A stretch of DNA of 62,998 bases, counting the filler, from Stramenopiles sp. TOSAG23-2 (taxonomy: Eukaryota), in assembly GCA_900128395.1 (NCBI GenBank). It is 11 parts of 11 records of this genome, joined end to end, with 100 filler letters (N's around TTAATTAATTAA, not from the genome) between each part and the next. Parts side by side here need not be neighbours in the genome. Positions count along the whole stretch, not along the records: positions 1 to 6,601 come from LT650434.1; positions 6,702 to 13,300 come from LT650435.1; 9 more parts are not named here. One strand, 5' to 3'. Under the pieces are notes generated by a model, which was not told where the DNA came from, did not search any database, and saw nothing but the letters and a program-made list of their open reading frames with translations. The position numbers and the translations under genes are program-made. Of this stretch, positions 1 to 9,994 are shown one piece after another (position 1 is the stretch's first letter; each line of letters opens with the position of its first letter).

Positions 1-2067
1 ATTATCTAAATCAGATGTAAAAGAACAAAATGATTTTAATAATTCATCACGATTCATATCAATACATGTAGTATCTTCAATTTTTTCTGTTTCAATCTTG
101 ATTTCAATAGCAGGAAAGATTATGGTACCTTTATCACGCTGCTTTTTACAGAAAGTTCGTTCATCCGCGGTATCTTTTTCTTTGCGTTGTTGCATTAGTT
201 CGTCATATAGTAAATTAATGTCATAATTCTGATGTAATCGTAAAGCATTAGTTGCTTCTTTCTTTAGCTTCTTTTCAAAATTGTTCAGTTGTTCTCTGAA
301 TATTGGATCTTCACAAACTGTGCGATCAGCATTAGTTTTTAAAGGTGCTGTACACTTTCGACATTGTACATTTATACCCGCTTTGTCGTTGTAGAAATTT
401 TCTTTGCATTTTCTACATTTATTTGATGTTGTGCAAACACAACGAAAAGTATTATCACACAGCTTTGTCGATGTAGTTGAAGGGTTGTAATAATATCTCC
501 CTTCATAACTAATACATCCACGTGGTGCGTTACCAGCACTAAGCAAACGTCTACTTCTTGCATTAATTTTTACAGAGTCGTTATTAGTACGATGTTCCAT
601 CATCAACTTATCGTGTTGTAAACGTATTTGTTCTTTTGCCCATAAACGTGAATTTTTAATGGATAAATCATTTGTTTTTTCGTTTTGTACATGTAATTGC
701 TTGGCAACTTCTTGCATCATTTCCAGGCCAGTCTTTTTCCCACCCCAAGCACTAAAACTTCCATGTTCTAACCAATCAGCCATATTTTTTTCTTGCATTT
801 TCTTTGTTATTTTTCTTGCTTCTGCCTCGCATTCATTTTCTGTTAAAGTCGATATGCACGTACCACTTTCTCGTATTTGTATGTCGAGGTTATACTCTTC
901 CCCAGAGACACAATAGATTTTCTCGCATTTTGCCTCAGAATCCTGTTTGACTCCATCCTTAATTATTCCATTATTTGGACATGGAATACATTTTGAATTT
1001 TTCCCACCATGACTATAACTATTCTTAGGACATTTAGTACAAATATTTACTGACTTTGGTTTACATATACATTTAAAACCATCATCACCGCACTTTGCTC
1101 CCGTCCTTTTATTATTGAAATAATATTTACCATTAGCATGAATACAACCTGGGGGGAATCTTGTATTTGGTTCAAGCAAATGTCTTGGCTTCGTCTCAAT
1201 AGATGAAAGTAAACGTCTTTTTGCACGTGATGCGTTATTAATACGATTTTGCATCATCTTATCATGATGAAAACGTATTTCTTCTTTTTGCCATAAACGT
1301 GAATTTTTGATAGATAAATCGGCGTGTTCCTTCACCGAATCTTTTAAATTACCGATCCATTTCCTTAAAACTTCTGAATTTTTCTTTTCAGAATTAAAGT
1401 CCTCTAAACTTCCGAATCCATTCACATCATCTACTTGGCTTATATTATTCAAGTGCGCTGCGAACTTACATTCGTCTTCAGTAGCAATTTGTTCCAGACA
1501 TGTACCAGTTTTGCGTATATCATTGTAAACACCACGTTCACCAGATTCACATATAATTTCTTCTTCTTTGAAAGAAAATGATTTGCAAGAATCTTCAGAG
1601 TCTCGTTTGTTCAAATTTGTATATGGTCTATCTGTTGGACATGGTGTACATGTTGGATTGATACCACCTTCACTATATGTATTGATTGGGCATTTGATAC
1701 ATGTTTTTGTTTTGCATATACATTTATAACCATTACTACATTGTGTTGTTGATGTTGGGTAGTCATTCCAATAATATTTATAAGCACCACTATAATAAAA
1801 ACATCCAGGTGGAAAATACCACCCACTCTTTCGGCCTCCATATCCTTCATTTTTATCAATATTATTCTCCCTATTATATTCAGCTGCTAATTTACATTCT
1901 GCTTCTGTTGTTATTTTAGATAGACCACTACATTGTGATGCAGAACCAGATGTACGAATATCTGTTGGTATCATACCATAACCAGCTTTACAAGTAATAT
2001 CCTCACCACGAACAACAGATATTAGCAGCAAACATATTATTACTACGCTAACTTCTTTCATCGTCAT
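1..2067 (-). CDS. Secreted Cys-rich repeat protein (GCC2/GCC3/ephrin-receptor-like CxxC repeats), 3'-truncated, >689 aa; absent from the ORF track
   Basis: Manual translation from ATG 2067 (MTMKEVSVVIICLLLISVVRG, signal-peptide-like) stays open to base 1. It has three modules of the type SG.C...TE.EC..A...P.GC....YY.N...C...C.C...C.KC..N.Y...G....C..C. Confidence 0.85.
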   Translation of the reverse strand, partial: MTMKEVSVVIICLLLISVVRGEDITCKAGYGMIPTDIRTSGSASQCSGLSKITTEAECKLAAEYNRENNIDKNEGYGGRKSGWYFPPGCFYYSGAYKYYWNDYPTSTTQCSNGYKCICKTKTCIKCPINTYSEGGINPTCTPCPTDRPYTNLNKRDSEDSCKSFSFKEEEIICESGERGVYNDIRKTGTCLEQIATEDECKFAAHLNNISQVDDVNGFGSLEDFNSEKKNSEVLRKWIGNLKDSVKEHADLSIKNSRLWQKEEIRFHHDKMMQNRINNASRAKRRLLSSIETKPRHLLEPNTRFPPGCIHANGKYYFNNKRTGAKCGDDGFKCICKPKSVNICTKCPKNSYSHGGKNSKCIPCPNNGIIKDGVKQDSEAKCEKIYCVSGEEYNLDIQIRESGTCISTLTENECEAEARKITKKMQEKNMADWLEHGSFSAWGGKKTGLEMMQEVAKQLHVQNEKTNDLSIKNSRLWAKEQIRLQHDKLMMEHRTNNDSVKINARSRRLLSAGNAPRGCISYEGRYYYNPSTTSTKLCDNTFRCVCTTSNKCRKCKENFYNDKAGINVQCRKCTAPLKTNADRTVCEDPIFREQLNNFEKKLKKEATNALRLHQNYDINLLYDELMQQRKEKDTADERTFCKKQRDKGTIIFPAIEIKIETEKIEDTTCIDMNRDELLKSFCSFTSDLDN

Positions 2068-2157
2068 AAATATACTTGAACGTCTCGATCAAACAATATT
2101 TATTCTTTAAACGTCTCTTTAAACACCACGAACTTGAATTTTCAATAATACCGCAGG

Positions 2158-2393
2158 AAACTTTTATCTTACTATTCGTTTTTAACTTTCTTTCGTTTTT
2201 CGTTTCTTCGTCTGATGTTTCTGCTTTTATCAAGTGTCTTCTTGTTTAAATATATTACGTTGTTTTATATGTAATAAACTTTTATCTTACTATTCGTTTT
2301 TAACTTTCTTTCGTTTTTCGTTTCTTGTTGTGATGTTTCTGCTTTTATCAAGTGTCTTCTTGTTTAAATATATTACGTTGTTTTATATGTAAT
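2158..2393. repeat. ~118-bp tandem duplication
   Basis: 2158-2275 is nearly identical to 2276-2393. Confidence 0.9.
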
Positions 2394-2695
2394 CCAGGGG
2401 AAATTATAATACTAAAACACTGCTGCTGTAAAAAAAAACACTGTGGAAAACACTGCAAACCTGGCAAACAACCCTCCCATTTTCCTCTGGCCTCTCCTCC
2501 ACTTTTTCTTTGGTTTTTTTTCTTTTGAAAGCAATTTCACTTCACTTTTTCAATTTGAATAATATGGACACAGCATTGTAAAAACTGACAGCAGCAACAC
2601 AGCACAAGAGTTTACAGACAATGATATTTAATACATTGTATTTGATAGATATATTGCACTATTAGTATATAATAAAGTACGAAGTTGGACCGACG

Positions 2696-2948
2696 CAATG
2701 CTATATACCCTCTAAACCGTGTACACCAACAAATTAACACTATTCACTATGGAAAATTATATATAATATTTATCGTTTTCTAAAATGCCAATTTTATTTT
2801 TCATATTTGTGTTAAAAATAGCAAAATATCCGAAACTATAGAAAAAATGATGAATATTTCCCCCATAGTAAATAATATTAAATGCACAGATTTTTGACAC
2901 ACGGTTTGCACAGTTTTGACACGGTTTTATAGAGGGTGTATAGCACTG
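2696..2948. mobile_element. MITE-like element with ~28-bp imperfect TIRs
   Basis: Left caatgctatataccctctaaaccgtgt versus right acacggttttatagagggtgtatagcactg; no TSD found. Confidence 0.5.
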
Positions 2949-2984
2949 GCCACCTCCCAGAACTCATAAAAAAACATATATATA

Positions 2985-3192
2985 TAGATGTTTGCACCGA
3001 ACGTGGGACATGCCTCTCGCGTTGTGCAAAAAAATATAATAAAAATTACATGACACGACACGATCTTACAGATACAATAGGATTAAATACCATTAAAAAA
3101 AGCAATTTTTGTCATGTAATTTTTTATTTTTTGTTTGCACACTGGCACTCACATGGCTGCATGGCCTGTCCCACATTCGTTGCAAACATCTG
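2985..3192. mobile_element. Tc1/mariner-type MITE (~208 bp)
   Basis: TIRs (t)agatgtttgcaccgaacgtgggacatgcc / ggcctgtcccacattcgttgcaaacatctg match 26/29, with TA on both flanks. Confidence 0.7.
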
Positions 3193-3547
3193 TAATTGAA
3201 ATAATGCGGTTACACATTACACATGAATTAATGCAGTAATAAGTACATGTAAGTCACATGATACACATGGAGATACAAAAGATAGAAACATGTATATATA
3301 TTGGTCGTCTATTATAGACAATTATCAATAGTGAACGATTCGAGAAAATCATTTAGATACAATAAGAACTGATTCATCTTGTTCTTGTTCTTCTTATTGT
3401 TGTTGTTGTTGTTATTCTCGCACTCAATTGATCAGTTATTGTTGTTGTTATTGTTTCTCTCTCTCTCTCTCTCCCCCCCCCTTATTATTATATTCTTCAG
3501 ACGAGACAGAGACAATCATATATTGTATAATACACATTATTAAAGTT

Positions 3548-4036
3548 ATGTCATCCACAAATACACGATATAAACAGATTGTACATGATAATAATAATCA
3601 ATCATTTGGTACAAATACTACACGATGGCCATCGTATGATAGTCGATGGGATGACCCAAATCGTATATTATGTTTAGCAGCTGGTGCAGGAGATATATTA
3701 GCATTGAAATGGGCATTAGAGGAACATCGTTTAATCATACATGGACATCCAGTACGAAGAAGTAAAATTACAATATATCAATATAATGAATCATTGAATC
3801 AAACAACGAATAAATCATCTTCTTCTACGACTTTAATAAATACAAATAATCGTGTTAAAAAAAAATATCAACAACGTATGATAATGAATAATATTAATAA
3901 TGGATATACACCAGATTGGTCAGATCCATTTTGTTATGGATGGACAGCGATACATCGTGCTGCTAGTAGTGGGAAAAAAAATACCATTAAATTTTTATTA
4001 GATCATGGATGGCATTTAAATAAAAGAACATGGTAA
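3548..4036 (+). CDS. Small ankyrin-repeat protein, probably first exon only
   Basis: LCLAAGAGDILALKWAL and DWSDPFCYGWTAIHRAASSG ankyrin motifs. First ATG is at 3548. The ORF ends on TG|GTAAGT, a donor-like site at 4033. Paralogous to 47101-47538. Confidence 0.7.
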   Translation: MSSTNTRYKQIVHDNNNQSFGTNTTRWPSYDSRWDDPNRILCLAAGAGDILALKWALEEHRLIIHGHPVRRSKITIYQYNESLNQTTNKSSSSTTLINTNNRVKKKYQQRMIMNNINNGYTPDWSDPFCYGWTAIHRAASSGKKNTIKFLLDHGWHLNKRTW

Positions 4037-4352
4037 GTACAGAATAATCGTAACATATATAAATACAATTGGATAAATGAAAATTTTGTGCATTGTTTTC
4101 AGTACAGATGGATTCACTCATGTTTCTCAAATCATGGTAATCTTCAATTGCAACAAACGATACACTTCGCCTACCATTAAATTCTATAAGCAAATGTCCA
4201 ACGTTGATATAATTGTAATAATCAACAATTGGTAAGAAAAATAACATTGATATTGCAAATAATATAATATAACGATTATTATTAATGTTGTTTTTGTTAT
4301 CATTATTATGAATGGTTTGTTCTTCTTTTACAACGGTAGATGATATTTCATT
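3987..4352 (-). CDS. Hypothetical signal-anchor membrane protein, possibly a fragment
   Basis: MPTMKNKKKK basic N-terminus, then hydrophobic YIILFAISMLFFLPIV; overlaps the tail of the ankyrin gene. Confidence 0.35.
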   Translation of the reverse strand, partial: NEISSTVVKEEQTIHNNDNKNNINNNRYIILFAISMLFFLPIVDYYNYINVGHLLIEFNGRRSVSFVAIEDYHDLRNMSESICTENNAQNFHLSNCIYICYDYSVLTMFFYLNAIHDLIKI

Positions 4353-5471
4353 TTTCATATTACGTTTTGGTGTATGACTTCGTTTTTTCTTTTTGTTTTT
4401 CATCGTTGGCATGTTGCTAATGTTTTGATTTCACAAATACGCGTTGATTGAATGAATGAATGAAAGGATTGTTATCTTTGATATGTATTTATTAGTAAAA
4501 TTACTATTCCCAAATATAATATATATTAATTATAATTATTACAACAACAAAATACAAAAAGAGAGGAGCAGAGAGAGAGGAGGAAGGGAGGGAGGATCTT
4601 ATAAATCAAGATGTATTCTCGTTCGGATCTATAATATATTCTCGTGTTTGAATTGTTGTTTCTTAATTTCTTTTCTTAAGATGTTTCATCCAACATGACT
4701 ACGTCGTTCGCACGTTCGTCATCGATTGATCCATCTCTCTTGCAATGTGTACACATGTACAGATATGTGTGGATTAATATATAGTAGATGTGGTGAATAA
4801 TGGCACAGTTTTAATATTATTTATTATTTATTACTTTTTTTTATTTTTTTAATTTATTTAATTTTTTTAATTTTTTACAACTACTTCTCTTTGAAATCGT
4901 ATGTCTTCTTCATTATTATATGGTATATTATATATATAGTAGAGGTGTTTTTTTTTTTTAAAGTAAAAAATACAATAATAAAACATGTTTCAAATTTCCC
5001 ATGATTAACGTCAATTACTATAAATAATAATGTGTCTTTGTGTTTTGTTTTTGTTCGATGAATGCCCAAAGAATTGATATTTGATAGCAAAATAAGACGT
5101 ATTATGTTACTTATTAGTATATGAGATGGATGAACCATCGAGTTTTTATGTTTTTTTTAGTTTTTATAAATTTATTTTTTGGTATAGGCTATATATAGGC
5201 GGTATAGGTACAGTAGCGGTACTTGGTAGAAGAGTAGGCGGTGAAAAGTGAAAAGTGATAGTAGCAACATTAATAACGGTGTGAAAATGTGAAATATGCT
5301 ATAGTAAAAGAACGACGTGAAACTAGCATTTAACAGAATATTTTTTTTATAAAAATATTTTGTATTTTATAATATATATATATTATTGTACGGGAGTAAA
5401 AGAATTTTATATAACATATGAGTAAGAGAAAAACACATATATTATTGTACCTTTTCAACAAACTATAAACA

Positions 5472-6601
5472 CTAAATTGAAATTCTTAATTGTCCTGTTT
5501 GATTATCAATTTGCCCGATGCCAGTAACTAAACTTCGACCAACAAATTTACATAATGCTGGCATTTCATATAACCGTCTCCAACTCTCCATTCCATTTTC
5601 ACTTCGTATTAATGTGGTTTTATCTATGCATGTTAATGAATTTAAATTATTCTCTTCATAAAATACGACTAATTCAGCAGTTTTAAATGGGCCAAGCATA
5701 ATACCTTCAGAACTTATATAATTCCATGTTGTATCTATGCTCCACATGGCATCATCGTCATGTGAATCTGTATCGACAATATTATAATTTTCATAATCAA
5801 AATTCTGCAAATCGTCCAAGCTGTAAGTTGGTGCTTCTACTAATTCAACTGCATCCACCGTCATGGCACCTTCGCTACCTTTAGTTTTCTTCTCCTTTAA
5901 TTTTGCTTTCTTTTTTCTACTCCTATATCTACAACAACAACAAATGCCACAAAGACATATACACAGGACAACAGTCGATATTAAAAAATTTCGGAATCCA
6001 GACCAATCAGTATGATAAACATGATCTTTTTTTGGACGTGGTGTACATATTGGATTGATACCACCTTTACTATATGTATTGATAGGGCATTTGATGCATG
6101 TTTTTGTTTTGCATATACATTTCTGACTATTACTACAGTGTCCTGTTGATTTTGTGTTGTAATTCCAATAATAATATTTATTATCAACACTATAAAAACA
6201 TCCAGGTGGAGCATTCGACCCAGTCCATCGGCCTCTATATCCTTCATTTTTATCAATATTATTCTTACTATTATATTCAGCTGCTAATTTACATTCTGCT
6301 TCTGTTGTTATTTTAGATAGACCACTACATTGTGATGCATCACCAGATGTAAATATAGCTCCGGCAATCTACATTCTGCTTCTGTTGTTATTTTAGATAG
6401 ACCACTACATTGTGATGCATCACCAGATGTAAATATAGCTTGGCCATAACCAGTTTTACAAGTTAAATCATCTTTTGATTTTGCACACGATGCAATTGAT
6501 TGTTGATCACTAAACTTTGCTGTGAATGGTCTATCTGTTGGGCATGGTGTACATGTTGGATTGGTACCACCTTCACTATATGTATTGATTGGGCATGTAT
6601 A
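5472..6601 (-). CDS. Type-I membrane protein: Cys-rich ectodomain + TM + cytoplasmic GYF-like domain; 5'-truncated, frameshifted at an 80-bp duplication
   Basis: The frame of ORF 5472-5864 stays open upstream to ~6359 through the Cys module, TM FLISTVVLCICLCGICCCC and basic RYRSRKKK. C-terminal WNYISSEGIMLGPFKTAELVVFYEE...W..L fits GYF/GYF_2. Confidence 0.75.
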
Positions 6602-6701
6602 NNNNNNNNNNNNNNNNNNNNNNNNNNNNNNNNNNNNNNNNNNNNTTAATTAATTAANNNNNNNNNNNNNNNNNNNNNNNNNNNNNNNNNNNNNNNNNNN
6701 N
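6602..6701. other. Artificial contig linker (also 13301-13400, 19999-20098, 26694-26793, 33376-33475, 40055-40154, 46732-46831, 53397-53496, 60059-60158, 61529-61628)
   Basis: N44-TTAATTAATTAA-N44, a six-frame stop cassette, occurs ten times. Confidence 0.98.
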
Positions 6702-6842
6702 TATGATTTAAAACAATTTATCATTGAAAAATTTGAAAATTTTACAAATGTTGATATTATTGAATTTGAAACGATACGACCATCTAAAAAAATTTTAGCA
6801 GAAAACAATAACACTGTCCAATCATTATTACCATCTGGATCA

Positions 6843-7772
6843 ATGTGTGTGATATCACAAATAACAAAAATGGAAGAGAAAAAAACTCAACAACAACCAC
6901 AACAATGGCACTGTTATAAATGCACATTAATTAATGAAGGAAACACAAATATTTGTATAGCTTGCGGTGCAACAAATCAAAATAATAATAATAATAATAA
7001 TATGAAAAAAAGAAATGAAAACAACAACAACGATAATCGCTCGTCATCCTCCTCCTCCTATACACCATCGTCGTCCTCAAAAAGCAATGAAAGAAGTCAA
7101 AATCAATCATTGAATGCAGTTCGTCGAATAATACCATCTGATAACTCGTGTTTATTCAATTCTATTGCATATATTTTAGAAGGAAGACGTGGAAAGACGC
7201 GAGAAAAAACAACATCAACAAGTATTGCAACTCGACTTCGTGAACGCGTTGCACTTACAGTAACAAATGGAAAAGAATGGACTCCCGCTGTACTTGGTAT
7301 GAGTAAAACAGCATATGTAAATTATATTAAAAATATGAATAGATGGGGTGGTGGCATTGAATGTAATATATTTGCTAATATATACCATGTAGAAGTGTGT
7401 GCAATTGATATACAAACTAAACAACGTTATTGTTTTGGGGAATCAAAAGGATACAAAAGGCGTGCATTTTTATTATATACTGGTACACATTATGATGCAT
7501 TGACATTTACTAAGAAAGGAAAAAATTCAAAAGACGAAGATACAGATGTTTGTATATTAGATTTACCAATACCGCAATATGTTAATGATGATATTGAAAG
7601 ATTAGTTGATCAGATGCGTGCTGCAAAACAATTTACAAATTTAGGGAATTTTAATACACAGTGTTGTATATGTTATAAAAAATTTCAAGGACAAAAAGGT
7701 GTGATCGAACATGCACAAGCAACTGGACATCAAAATTATAGTGAAATACCATCAAAAAATGTGAAAAAATAA
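6843..7772 (+). CDS. YOD1: OTU1/YOD1-family deubiquitinase with N-terminal RanBP2/NZF zinc finger and C-terminal C2H2 finger
   Basis: WHCYKCTLIN...CIACG; RRIIPSDNSCLFNSI (catalytic Cys); WGGGIE; YTGTHYDAL; CCIC...EHAQATGHQNY. Confidence 0.9.
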   Translation: MCVISQITKMEEKKTQQQPQQWHCYKCTLINEGNTNICIACGATNQNNNNNNNMKKRNENNNNDNRSSSSSSYTPSSSSKSNERSQNQSLNAVRRIIPSDNSCLFNSIAYILEGRRGKTREKTTSTSIATRLRERVALTVTNGKEWTPAVLGMSKTAYVNYIKNMNRWGGGIECNIFANIYHVEVCAIDIQTKQRYCFGESKGYKRRAFLLYTGTHYDALTFTKKGKNSKDEDTDVCILDLPIPQYVNDDIERLVDQMRAAKQFTNLGNFNTQCCICYKKFQGQKGVIEHAQATGHQNYSEIPSKNVKK

Positions 7773-7961
7773 TAGAAGACGAGGACGCAGGAGGTGTAAA
7801 ATCTGGAGAGAGAGAGGAGAGAGGAGAACACACCGTGTGGCGTGAAAGCCAAGAATTTCTTTAATAGCGTATATGTTAAAAAGTTTTTCTTTTAATTTCT
7901 GTTATCTTGTCACCTCTTCTTATGCATTAGCGTTCGTATCATACAATATCATATTAAATAT

Positions 7962-9530
7962 TCAAACACTTCGCATAACTTTTTCCGTCTCTTCAACAGC
8001 ACGACATAATCGATTTCCAACTTCACGTAAATCTTGTTCATTTGTATCAATTGGTGGTGTAATCATAAAACCACCAGATGGAACAAAATACGGCCATACA
8101 TTTTTACATTTTTCTTTTAATGTAGATACAGCTTTCAATCGTTCATCAATAATATCATGTACAAATAAACCACCCCACATCATACCATGGCCATGTACAA
8201 CCATGGTTCCATTACTTGCATCTGAAATATCTTTTGCAATTTCTTCTAATACAATCCCCATTTCAGCAATATGTTCATACCAATCAGGTAATGCATCACA
8301 TACTGCTTCTCCAGCCATCAATGCTCTAGTTTGAGCTCCTGTATATGTATGCATTTGAAAAGTAGATCGAGAGGAAAGTTGCAATTCTTTCGCTCCACTT
8401 TTCAAAGCAACACCTGATAGAGGATAGACTCCACCACCAATTGCTTTGCCAAATGTAACCGCATCTGGATCTAAATCCCATACTTTTGAATCACTTAGAA
8501 ACATAGCTGGACCTTGTCCATGTCTTCCAAGACCACACATAATTTCATCACAACATACTAGTATGCCTTTATTTCTCGCACGTTTTATATATTCTTTTAA
8601 CAATTCTTTTGGCCATGGCATTGCAGCGACACTACTTCCCCATTGTGGTTCGACAAGCATAACACCTATATCACCTGCATGTTTATACAAAAATTCATCA
8701 AATTCCTTGAGTAATCTATCATGAAAATCAGCTTTAGATTCATTATTCATCATTGAAAAATATGCAGGGACCGGAAATCCAATTTGATTTTTTGGTTTTT
8801 GTGCTAATAATGGCAATCCTGAACCTAATGATGTTGATTGAGGTCCGTGATATGAATAATTCCCAACTGCTACTAACTGTGCACTTCCACGACCACGTTC
8901 TTGTTGCAATTGAAATAAAAGATCACATGCAGCCCAAACAGCACTGGCACCTTCTACCTGTAATGAAATCAACCAATCATCATCCTCTTCTTCTTCGCTA
9001 TTATTATTATTATTATCATCATCGTCACCACATTTCCTCCATGGTAAATGTGGTTGAAAAGCATGGAGAAAACCATTTAAAGCAGGAGTTGTCCCTGCAC
9101 TAGTATGTATAGATAAGCATGGTGCAGGACCACCACGTGAAAGGGAATCCATCACATTTTTTTCAAATTCATATCCTCTTTCAAGAATTGAATGTAAATT
9201 GCTTCCACTAAAAATAGTAGAACATGCTGCACCAACAACTAATGTTTCCTCTTTATTTCCATCAATCATACGAACATGATGAATACCATCTATTGATACC
9301 GTTGTACCTGTTGGTTTGCCTAGTTTATGTCTTCCTGCAAAATGTTGCCTCCTAATTTTACGCGAAGCATCAGATGTTCCATCATCTAACGCTTCCCTTG
9401 ACCTGGAACGAGGTGGTATTCCTGTTCCTTTTCGTATCGAAGCACTTGATGAAAAATATTTTTTGAAATGTTGATGGATGAAAAATAATTTATTTTTTTT
9501 TTTCCCACTATGACATGAAAACAATTTCAT
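7962..9530 (-). CDS. Class-III PLP-dependent aminotransferase, probably organelle-targeted
   Basis: SYHG, MLVEPQWGS, LVCCDEIMCGLGRHG, PDAVTFGKAIGGGVYPLSG (PLP Lys), HTY. Confidence 0.9.
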   Translation of the reverse strand: MKLFSCHSGKKKNKLFFIHQHFKKYFSSSASIRKGTGIPPRSRSREALDDGTSDASRKIRRQHFAGRHKLGKPTGTTVSIDGIHHVRMIDGNKEETLVVGAACSTIFSGSNLHSILERGYEFEKNVMDSLSRGGPAPCLSIHTSAGTTPALNGFLHAFQPHLPWRKCGDDDDNNNNNSEEEEDDDWLISLQVEGASAVWAACDLLFQLQQERGRGSAQLVAVGNYSYHGPQSTSLGSGLPLLAQKPKNQIGFPVPAYFSMMNNESKADFHDRLLKEFDEFLYKHAGDIGVMLVEPQWGSSVAAMPWPKELLKEYIKRARNKGILVCCDEIMCGLGRHGQGPAMFLSDSKVWDLDPDAVTFGKAIGGGVYPLSGVALKSGAKELQLSSRSTFQMHTYTGAQTRALMAGEAVCDALPDWYEHIAEMGIVLEEIAKDISDASNGTMVVHGHGMMWGGLFVHDIIDERLKAVSTLKEKCKNVWPYFVPSGGFMITPPIDTNEQDLREVGNRLCRAVEETEKVMRSV

Positions 9531-9994
9531 GTTTATTATTTTATATTTAGAAAAATTAGTGATTGATATGAAAACACATCTGGTTTTATTCTATATTACA
9601 ATGTATATATTTATATATATATATATATATATATGCTTTATCTTTTTTTCTTTTTCTTTTTCTTCTTACGACAAACAACAACCGTTATAATTCAACAAGT
9701 TAATAAAGTAGTTTTTTATAATTCAATAATTAATAAATAACACTACACACTATGGAGAATAAAAGTGTTGAATATAATTTATAGTCCTACCAATAATTAA
9801 TTAATTAATTCATAATTCATCAATCGTAGAAATAATAATATATTTATATAAATGTAAAAGGTTGTATAGGAATATATATTCATCTGCTTACAAGTAAATT
9901 TCATAATTGATAAGAGACGAGATAATTGGATAACGCTATTCATTGATAGTTGACGCAGTTGCAAGTTGTTGTATTATACGAAAAAGAACAGAAG

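Noticed and set aside
372-2233. Short ORFs in the track (372-563, 659-916, 1307-1528, 1611-1859, 1701-1919, 2048-2233)
   Set aside because: Shadow or overlapping frames of the long minus-strand gene 1-2067
6602-6701. TTAATTAATTAA between N runs as a biological repeat or piggyBac TTAA site
   Set aside because: Fixed 100-bp artificial linker with stops in all six frames
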